Shown here: positions 7,145-14,603 of the stretch, one piece after another
Numbering within the stretch: position 1 is the first letter of the stretch
Layout of the letters: the number at the start of each line of letters is the position of its first letter
Source of the DNA: Archangium sp.
GTDB taxonomy: Bacteria > Myxococcota > Myxococcia > Myxococcales > Myxococcaceae
NCBI GenBank assembly: GCA_031367385.1
Contig: JANLPS010000273.1
Location: 1 to 21,461, forward strand
Length of the DNA stretch: 21,461 nucleotides
Direction: 5' to 3'
The notes under the pieces: model-generated
Told to the model about the DNA's origin: nothing
Databases searched by the model: none
Seen by the model: the letters and a program-made list of their open reading frames with translations, nothing else
Translations under genes and position numbers: made by a program

Positions 7145-10100
7145 GTGAGCGAACAGCCACGAGTGCTTTTCTGCTGCTTCGACGTCGTGCCGGGCCCTCA
7201 CGCCCAGTCACGTCGGTTGACGGAGTACATCAAAGGCCTGGGTGACCGTTTTCAAGTGGTGGTGCTCTCGGTCAAGACCGCCGACAACTCGCACATTCAG
7301 CGCTACCACGGGGCCCGCCTGCTGCGCGTGCCGGTGGGCTCGGGTGACTTGCCAGACCGGGTGCAGGCCTTCGACCGCGCGGTGCGCCGCCAGCTCGAGA
7401 GCGAAGAGTACCTGCTGGTGCACTTCTTCGACCCCTTCGGCGGCTACGCGCTGTGTGAGCGGCGCGCTGAGCTCGGGTACCGGGTCATCTACGACGCGTG
7501 CACGTTTCCGTCGGTTGAGATGCCGCTGGCGTCTCCTGAGATCGACTCAGACCGTAAGTTCATCGCCCGCATGCGCCGCCAGGAGCTGTTCTGCCTGATG
7601 AACGCTGACTCGGTGGTGGTCGGCAGTGAGATCGCCAAGAGCTACGTCACCGACCTGGGGGTGCCCGCGCCGAGGGTGACGATCTTGCGGGCGCCGGTCG
7701 ATTTGACGCCGTTCACGCCCGAGGTGATGGGCCGGCCCGACAGCATGCCGATGCGCCTGATTCACCTCGGCAGTGAAAACCCGTGGACGGGGCTCTCGAC
7801 GCTGGTCGAGGCGATGAGCCTGATCGCAAAAGCCAGCGCGCACCTGTCGATCATCGGGCCCAAGCACGCCGAGCAGCACGCCAAGCTGGTCGATCAGATC
7901 GCCGCCCTCAAGCTCGAGAAGCAGGTCGAATTTCAGGAGCCCATCGCCCACGACGACATTCACAAGGTGCTCGCGACCACCGACGTCGGCCTGGTCACGA
8001 TGAGCGCGGTCGACCGAAACCGGTCTCCGGGAGGGCCCTTGGCGCGGCTCGGTGAATACCTCGCTGCGGGCCGGCCGGTGATCGCCGCCGACCTGCCTCT
8101 GGCGCGCGAGCTGGTGCCCGCTGAGGCCGCGATCTTCTACCCACCAGACGACGCTACGGCGCTCGCCACGGCGATGACCGAGTTGGCCAACGACCCCGGC
8201 CGTCGCTTGGCCATGGGGGCCGCGGCTCGCATCGCCGCCCAGGCGTGGGACGCGTCGAGCACCCGCGGCTCGTTGCTCGATCTCTATTCGACGTTGGCGG
8301 GGCCGGTGGCAGCTCCGAGCTCCGACGACGAGGCCGCCAAGGTGCCCAGCGGCGGCGGAGAACAGATCAGCGACGCCGTGACTCAGCTCGGGGCCAGGCC
8401 CTTCACCGGAGACGACTCGGGCAAGAGCGCAGACCCCGGGGCCAATCGGGTGAAGACCGACCCGGCGATCGCCCTGCTCGAGGGAGCGACCGACCCTCAG
8501 AGCGTCGGGGGCCGGCCTCCCGTGATGGGTACGCTGCTCAACGACGAGCCTCCGGTGGTGGTCGGCGAGATGCTGCCCGCGACCCGCGAGGCCCGTGCTG
8601 AGCTCGCGCTCAACGCCGTCACTGATCTCGAGAAGCAAGAACAACCGGTCGTGATGGGCCAGCCGGTGTGGCTCAATGAACCTGGCCAAGAAGGCGCGCT
8701 CGAGTCTGTGCCCTGGGTCGATGCGCCGTCGCCCTTGCCCGACACCGCGCAGAGCCTGGTGCGCACGCCCGGTGAGCCAGACCGGTTGTACCCCTTCACG
8801 CCGGGCGACGGGTCGCCGTCGATTTCTCGGAGCACGGTGCCGACGGGTGAGGCAACGCCAAAGGCTCCGATGCCGGCCCATGTTGCACGGAGTCAACACG
8901 TACCGTCGCTCGAGGAGTCGAGCGTGATCGTCGATGACACGCTCTTTGATGCGGGCGCCGGGCAGGCACAACGACACTTCGAGCTGGCTGATGATGAATC
9001 GAAGACGCCCACCCGCAACGCGCGGGAGGACGGCTTCTCGGCGCCGACGCCGTTGCAGGTCGAGGCCCTTCGCGAGACCGCGCCCCCCGTCAGTGACGAG
9101 CTGCAGACGGGGCCGCGGCCGGGCCGCATGAGCGACTCGGCGCCCGGTGCACCGTCGATTGAGACGACCGTCTCCGATGCAGCGGCGGGGTCAACGAAGC
9201 CTGCCCCCGCGCTCACGTTCTCGGCGGCCGCCGACGAGCCCCCGACCGCGACGGAGCACACCCCGACTCGCACCGACCCCGATCACACCCCGGTGCCGGC
9301 AGACGCCGCCGAGCGCAAGCGCACCGCAACGACCGACCCCGATCGCCCGGTTCTCCAGGGCCCGCGATCTCCCGCACACGGGGTTCGAAAAGCCACGCCA
9401 GCGCTCGGCTCTCCGAGGGCGCGCCATTCTCCCGCGCGAGGGGTTCGGGCCGCGACGGCGGCGGCCCCACCCGAAGCGTCGCCAGCCGCGCTCCCGCCTC
9501 GAAGCTCACGTGAGGCAGAAGCGCTGATTCGCCAGCCGGGCGCGCAGGTTGGCCTGGGCCGCCAGACAGCCTCAGAGGCGCCGCCCACGTCGACCCTTCA
9601 GCTCTCGTCGAGCACGCGGTTGGGCCCAGGCCCGTCTTCGAGCCCCAGCGGGGTGAGCGCCTCACCCTCACCCACCTTCGCTGGGCAACCGGGCTTCGCA
9701 GGCCAGCCTGGCTTCGCCGATCAACCCGGCTTTGGGCAGGCCAGCACCCCCTCGTCGGTTCGCACCTCACCCTCGGGTCTGCGCCCGCTGCCCGCGCCCC
9801 CGCCGAGCGCCCAGCCGCTCGCCAAGCTCGGCGCGGCGCCGCCAACGCTGCCCTCCACCCGCGTCGCGCCCCCCTCGTTGCCACTGCGGTCGTCGCCGTC
9901 TTCGGTCTTCTCGGCCGTGCCTCCGCGCTCTTCTGACTCGGGCATTCTCGCGGCGCCTGCCAATGCGCTCTCCGGCTACCCGCTCCCGCCGATCAGCGCG
10001 CCGCCGAGGCCGTATGCGGGCCACCCGTCTCCGCCTCCGCTGCCTCAGAAGAAGCCGAAACCAGCCCCGCCGCCGGTCAAAGAAGAGATCGAAGAGGTCT

Positions 10101-10333
10101 TCAGCGACGACGTGATCTCGCTCACCGATGAGCCCTTCGAGGCGGAGGGCGCGAGCAATGACGAGGTCATGGAGGCTGACGGTCTGAGTGTTGAACCTAC
10201 CCCTGACGAGGTCTCCCTACCTCCGTCGGCGCTCGACCCGTGGCTGGCGCAATTGGTTCACGGCTACTGCCCGCCCGAATCGCAGCTGTTCGCGCGTCAC
10301 GTGCCACCCACCACGATGCCGGGTCGCGATTGA
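7145..10333 (+). CDS. GT4 (group 1) glycosyltransferase with long Pro/Ser/Thr/acidic disordered C-terminal extension
   Basis: GT-B fold over the first ~380 aa (ADSVVVGSE; LGEYLAAGRPVIAADLPLARE; MGAAAR), then ~680 aa of low-complexity sequence. GTG 7145 preferred over TTG 7103. Confidence 0.88.
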   Translation: MSEQPRVLFCCFDVVPGPHAQSRRLTEYIKGLGDRFQVVVLSVKTADNSHIQRYHGARLLRVPVGSGDLPDRVQAFDRAVRRQLESEEYLLVHFFDPFGGYALCERRAELGYRVIYDACTFPSVEMPLASPEIDSDRKFIARMRRQELFCLMNADSVVVGSEIAKSYVTDLGVPAPRVTILRAPVDLTPFTPEVMGRPDSMPMRLIHLGSENPWTGLSTLVEAMSLIAKASAHLSIIGPKHAEQHAKLVDQIAALKLEKQVEFQEPIAHDDIHKVLATTDVGLVTMSAVDRNRSPGGPLARLGEYLAAGRPVIAADLPLARELVPAEAAIFYPPDDATALATAMTELANDPGRRLAMGAAARIAAQAWDASSTRGSLLDLYSTLAGPVAAPSSDDEAAKVPSGGGEQISDAVTQLGARPFTGDDSGKSADPGANRVKTDPAIALLEGATDPQSVGGRPPVMGTLLNDEPPVVVGEMLPATREARAELALNAVTDLEKQEQPVVMGQPVWLNEPGQEGALESVPWVDAPSPLPDTAQSLVRTPGEPDRLYPFTPGDGSPSISRSTVPTGEATPKAPMPAHVARSQHVPSLEESSVIVDDTLFDAGAGQAQRHFELADDESKTPTRNAREDGFSAPTPLQVEALRETAPPVSDELQTGPRPGRMSDSAPGAPSIETTVSDAAAGSTKPAPALTFSAAADEPPTATEHTPTRTDPDHTPVPADAAERKRTATTDPDRPVLQGPRSPAHGVRKATPALGSPRARHSPARGVRAATAAAPPEASPAALPPRSSREAEALIRQPGAQVGLGRQTASEAPPTSTLQLSSSTRLGPGPSSSPSGVSASPSPTFAGQPGFAGQPGFADQPGFGQASTPSSVRTSPSGLRPLPAPPPSAQPLAKLGAAPPTLPSTRVAPPSLPLRSSPSSVFSAVPPRSSDSGILAAPANALSGYPLPPISAPPRPYAGHPSPPPLPQKKPKPAPPPVKEEIEEVFSDDVISLTDEPFEAEGASNDEVMEADGLSVEPTPDEVSLPPSALDPWLAQLVHGYCPPESQLFARHVPPTTMPGRD
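9677..9739 (+). repeat. Intragenic 18-bp tandem repeat encoding FAGQPG-FAGQPG-FADQPG-FGQ
   Basis: Units at 9677-9694, 9695-9712 and 9713-9730 differ mostly at third codon positions. Confidence 0.8.
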
Positions 10334-10415
10334 GAAACGGCCTCGAAAAATGCTGGTTTGCTTGAGCCGGTGAGAGCAGACTTCGCCCTCATTTTTCGCT
10401 TCGATTCGAGACCCA

Positions 10416-13400
10416 ATGGAACGCCGCGTCCTCATCGTTGAAAGCCAAAACGACTTCGCTCTGACCATGGCGTCGGTGCTCAAGAATGCCGGGTATTCGA
10501 CCACCATGGCGTCGAACTCCGGTGACGCCCAGCGTGAGCTCGAGAACCGCCGCCCAGACTTCGTGGTGCTGCGGGCCGAGTTGCCCGACCAGAGCGGGTT
10601 CGTGCTCTGCGGCACCATTCGCAAGGGCAAGTTCGGCCCGAATTTGCCGGTGATCTTGCTGTCGTCTGACGTCGGCCCCGAGGCGCTCGAGCAGCACGCC
10701 GCCTCGCCCAACGCCGCCAGTGCGTACCTCGCCATCCCTTTCGAAATGGGAGAGCTGACCCGCTTGAGCCATACCATCGCGCCCCCCGGCGCCGCCCCGA
10801 CCGCGGCCCCGCTCCAGGAGCTGCCCACCGAAGACGACGTCGAGCTCTCACTCGACAACGCGCTCAGCGGAGAGCACCCGGTTCAAAACGAAGCGCCCGC
10901 GCCCATCGTGCCGCCGCCCCTGCGCACGACGGCGGGTGGCCCTCCGCGGCTGCCCCGGCGTGAACGTCGCAGCGCGCTGACAGACGAAGACAAGGCGTTT
11001 CTCGATCGCGCCTTCGCGTCGATCGCCGACCGCAAAGCCGAGCTGCTCGCCGAGTCGAAAGAAGTACGCCGCTCGACGCCCAGGCGCGACCTGATGGGCA
11101 CGCCCGAAGCGAAGATTCAGATCTTGCGCGACGAGCTGAAGATTCGAGAAGCACAGATCGCCCGCATTTCCGAGATATGGAACGTGCGGGAGCGCGAGCT
11201 GCTCACCGTCGAAGATCGGGTACAGGAGAAAGACGTCGAGATTCAGGGCCTGAAGATGGGCCTCGATGACTTCACCCGGCGCCTCAACGACTCGCAGAAC
11301 ACGATGGTCGAGAAAGAACGCGAGCACGGCCGGCAGATCGAAGACCTGCTGCTGCAGAAGTTCATCGGCGAGAAAGAAGTCATCGAAGTCGTCTCGGCCA
11401 AAGAGAAAGACATCAACGGCCTGCGGCGTGAAATCAGCGCCAAAGACGAAGAGCTCGCCCGCCGCGCGGTCGAGATCGACCAGCACCGAAAAGAATTCGA
11501 GCAGCTCGAGAAAGACTACAACCTCGCCACCCTCGAGTTCGAGGTCAAAGAGAAGCAGCTGACCGACACGGCCGCCAACCAGGCCGCCGAGCTCGTCGAA
11601 TTTCGAAGCAACGTCGAGGGGTTGCACGCGCGCCATGAGAACACCACGGCCGAGCGCGACGCCAAGTACTCCGACTACGAGGGCCAGCTCAAAGGGCTGA
11701 CCGAGACCCTTCAGCAGACCCAGGCCGAGCGCGACGCGAAGGTCGGTGAGCTCGAGAGCCACCTGCGCCTGGCGACCGAGCGCGGCGACCGCGGAGAAGC
11801 CGAGACCGCGCGCCTCGAAGCCGAGCTGAGCGACGCGAAGACCCGCTCGGCCGAAAAGATCGGCGAGCTCGAGGGCGAAATCGCGACCTTGAACGCCCGT
11901 CACGAGACGCTGGCGACCGAGAAGCTCGAGGTCGAGCAGGCGCTGACCGAGAAGCTCCAAGACCGCGATACGCGAATTGGCAGCCTCGAGGCCGAGCTGG
12001 CCGACACCGTCGAGCGCAAAGATCGCACCGAAGCCGACCTCCAGTCGCAGATTCAAGAGAAGCTCGAGAAGATCGGCGAGCTCGAGGGCGAGGTTGAAGC
12101 CGTCAAGAGCGCGATGGCCGACCGTGAAGACGAGCTGACCGCTGAGATTGGCGAGCTCGGGGCCGCGAAGAACCAGCTCGAAGAGAACCTCGCCGCCGCC
12201 CAGCAAGAGGCCGCGAACACCAATCAAGAGAACGCGCAGAAGATCTCAGAGCTCGAGGGCACCAACCAGGCGCGGCAGCAGACGATCGACCAGCTCAACG
12301 CCGAGATATCAGATCGTGACGCCACGATTCTCGACGTCGAGAGCAAGCTGGGCACCGCCAACCAGACCATCGCCGACCGCGACGGCGAGGTGGCCGCGCT
12401 CAAGCAGACCATCGACGAGCGCCACACCGAGATCGACAACCTCGAGACCACCGTCGCCAACCGCGACGCCGATAACGCCAAGCTGTCGGCCACCCTCGAG
12501 CAGACCAAGCAGACGCTCGCCGCCACCCAGCAGGGGCTGGCCGAGTCGCAGTCGGCGTACGAAGACAAAGCCGCCGAGCAGGCCGAGACCGTCGAGGCGC
12601 TCAATCGAACCCAACTCGAGCTCTCGCAGGTTCGCCAAGAACGCGACGAGCGCACCGGCGAGCTCAGCTCGGCCCGCAACGAGATTCAGCGCGTCACCGG
12701 CCTGCTGCGACAGACCGAGAGCGCCAAGGTCGCCCAAGAAGAGAGCCTCTCGAGCGAGATCGCCCAGTTGCGCACCTCGCTCTCTGAGGTCTCGGGCAAC
12801 TACGAGGCCCTGACCAGCGAGCACAGCACGCTGCAGGCCGAGAACAACGAGACCACCACCGAGCGCGACACCCTTCGCGAGAAGCTCGACGAGACCACCG
12901 ACCTGCTCAGCCGCACGCGGGTCACGCTCGACGAGACCACCAAGTCGCTCGACATGGAGAAGCGGGCCCACGCCGATACCCAGTCGCACTACGAGCAGCG
13001 CACCGCCGCGCTCGAGAACGATCTGGCCAACACCCGCGAGCAGGCGCAAGACCTCACCGAGCAGCTCGCCTCGACCAAGCAAGACCTGGGGCAGCGGGTC
13101 TCCGAAGCGACCCAGCTCAACGCGCAGCTGGCTACGCTGCAAGACTCGCAGGGCCACCTCGAAGAGCGGCTGCACACCATCACCGACGAGTCGGCGCGCC
13201 GTGAAGAGCTGCTGCAGAACGACCTGGCCAAGAAGTCGAACGAGCTGGCCGACACCCTGCGCAAGCTGACCACGATGCAGCAGGACAAGACGCGTCAGAC
13301 CGACGTGCTGACCCGCGACGTCAACCAGAAGAACGAGCTCATCAAGGGCCTCGAGCTCAAGCTCAAGACGCTCTTCGACGACGCGAAGAAGAAGACCGAC

Positions 13401-14510
13401 GAGCTCAACGCGCGAGGCACCGCGCTGACGGCCGAGCTCGAAGGGGCGAAGAAGCAGGTGCTCGAAAAGGCGGCGGCGCTCGAGAAGGCAGCCGAAGTGC
13501 AGCACTCGCTCACCGCCGAACGAGACCAGATTCGCGCTCAGGCGCAGTCGGGGCTGCAGCAGGCCAACGCTCGCATTCAAGAGGCCAACAACGCGATCGC
13601 TCAAGAACGGGCGAGCGCCAAGAAGAGCGCTGATGATCTCGCCGCGCGCCTGCAACGGGCCGAAGCGCGCATCGCCCAGGTGCAGCAGGAGTCGCAGACC
13701 AAGGGCCAGGAGATGGAGAACCGCCTGAAAGAGGCGCAGAACCAGCTCGCCACCCGTCAACGCCGCGTCTCCGAGCTCGAGCAGTCGATGGAGGGCGCGA
13801 ACGCCACCCGCACCCGCGCCGAGAAGGAGTTTCAGGCGAAGGCTGCCGCGGCCGAGCAGAAGGCCAACGAGGCCGCCGCGAAGATGCAGAGCGTCGCCGC
13901 CGAGCGAAAGGCGCTCGAAGGCAAGCACCTCAAAGACCTCGAAGAGGCGTTGGCCAAGCACAAGGCCGAAATCGAGCGCCGAGAGACGATCAAGGCGACC
14001 GAGGTCAAGCGGCTCCAAGACGCGGTGCAAGAAAAGTCGAAGCAGCTCAAGGTCGTCGAGCTCGAGCTGGCTCGGTACAAGAACAAGCCAGCCGGGTCGG
14101 CACCCGTGGCGGCCAGGCCTTCGGGCGTGGTCAGCACCACGACGCAGCCCGCGATACCTCGAGTTGGCGCGTCGTCGTCTGGGTCGGGCATCAGCACCGC
14201 CGCGATGAGCACGTCGCTGATCGAGTCGTCACTGCTGGGAGAAGAAGAGGAAGAAGCGACGCGGGTCACCGTGTTGCCCAACGATGCGCCGACCAAGCCT
14301 GGCGCGAGACCCCCGCCTGCGGCGCCCCCGCAACGACCTCCGTCGGCGGCGGCAAAACCGGCCGTCAGCGCGGCCCCGGCTCGCAAGCCTCCGACGTCTG
14401 AGAACGAGCGAACGGTCATACCCCCTGGCAGCAACAACCAGCTGCCGGCCAAGCCCAAGGGCGAAGAAGAGACCGACTTCACCTCGATCATCGACGGCCT
14501 CGGCGACTAG
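10416..14510 (+). CDS. aglZ: Adventurous gliding motility protein AglZ (pseudo-receiver + myosin-like coiled coil)
   Basis: N-terminus MERRVLIVES..DFAL.MASVLK.AGY...RRPD.VVLRAEL.DQSGFVLCG recognised as the AglZ receiver, with Arg at the phosphoacceptor Asp position. About 1000 aa of heptads; 1364 aa in total. Confidence 0.92.
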   Translation: MERRVLIVESQNDFALTMASVLKNAGYSTTMASNSGDAQRELENRRPDFVVLRAELPDQSGFVLCGTIRKGKFGPNLPVILLSSDVGPEALEQHAASPNAASAYLAIPFEMGELTRLSHTIAPPGAAPTAAPLQELPTEDDVELSLDNALSGEHPVQNEAPAPIVPPPLRTTAGGPPRLPRRERRSALTDEDKAFLDRAFASIADRKAELLAESKEVRRSTPRRDLMGTPEAKIQILRDELKIREAQIARISEIWNVRERELLTVEDRVQEKDVEIQGLKMGLDDFTRRLNDSQNTMVEKEREHGRQIEDLLLQKFIGEKEVIEVVSAKEKDINGLRREISAKDEELARRAVEIDQHRKEFEQLEKDYNLATLEFEVKEKQLTDTAANQAAELVEFRSNVEGLHARHENTTAERDAKYSDYEGQLKGLTETLQQTQAERDAKVGELESHLRLATERGDRGEAETARLEAELSDAKTRSAEKIGELEGEIATLNARHETLATEKLEVEQALTEKLQDRDTRIGSLEAELADTVERKDRTEADLQSQIQEKLEKIGELEGEVEAVKSAMADREDELTAEIGELGAAKNQLEENLAAAQQEAANTNQENAQKISELEGTNQARQQTIDQLNAEISDRDATILDVESKLGTANQTIADRDGEVAALKQTIDERHTEIDNLETTVANRDADNAKLSATLEQTKQTLAATQQGLAESQSAYEDKAAEQAETVEALNRTQLELSQVRQERDERTGELSSARNEIQRVTGLLRQTESAKVAQEESLSSEIAQLRTSLSEVSGNYEALTSEHSTLQAENNETTTERDTLREKLDETTDLLSRTRVTLDETTKSLDMEKRAHADTQSHYEQRTAALENDLANTREQAQDLTEQLASTKQDLGQRVSEATQLNAQLATLQDSQGHLEERLHTITDESARREELLQNDLAKKSNELADTLRKLTTMQQDKTRQTDVLTRDVNQKNELIKGLELKLKTLFDDAKKKTDELNARGTALTAELEGAKKQVLEKAAALEKAAEVQHSLTAERDQIRAQAQSGLQQANARIQEANNAIAQERASAKKSADDLAARLQRAEARIAQVQQESQTKGQEMENRLKEAQNQLATRQRRVSELEQSMEGANATRTRAEKEFQAKAAAAEQKANEAAAKMQSVAAERKALEGKHLKDLEEALAKHKAEIERRETIKATEVKRLQDAVQEKSKQLKVVELELARYKNKPAGSAPVAARPSGVVSTTTQPAIPRVGASSSGSGISTAAMSTSLIESSLLGEEEEEATRVTVLPNDAPTKPGARPPPAAPPQRPPSAAAKPAVSAAPARKPPTSENERTVIPPGSNNQLPAKPKGEEETDFTSIIDGLGD

Positions 14511-14603
14511 GGGTTGGTGGTGGTCGCGGGCCCACGATGGGGTGTTCTCCAGGCCAACTTGAGGTAAGGGCACCCGACGTTTCGCTCATCGGGAGTGCCT
14601 TCG

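Noticed and set aside
10363..10390. Other TGAGCC hits (21-26, 178-183, 10363-10368) as further ECF promoters
   Set aside because: None has GGGTC at 16-17-nt spacing.
11855..12170. Repeated AAGATCGGCGAGCTCGAGGGCGA (KIGELEGE) segments in aglZ
   Set aside because: Explained by internal coiled-coil heptad duplication within the protein, not an independent DNA element.
10848..14030. Long minus-strand ORFs (459 aa, 573 aa) opposite aglZ
   Set aside because: Antisense shadows of a GC-biased coiled-coil gene. The Leu/Gly/Val-rich translation mirrors GAG/CTC/ACC codons and has no domain motifs.
14556..14601. Hairpin (GGCACCCGA...TCGGGAGTGCC) covering the RBS of the IgGFc gene as a riboswitch or thermometer
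   Set aside because: The stem is bulged and easily arises by chance at this GC content. No known aptamer features.
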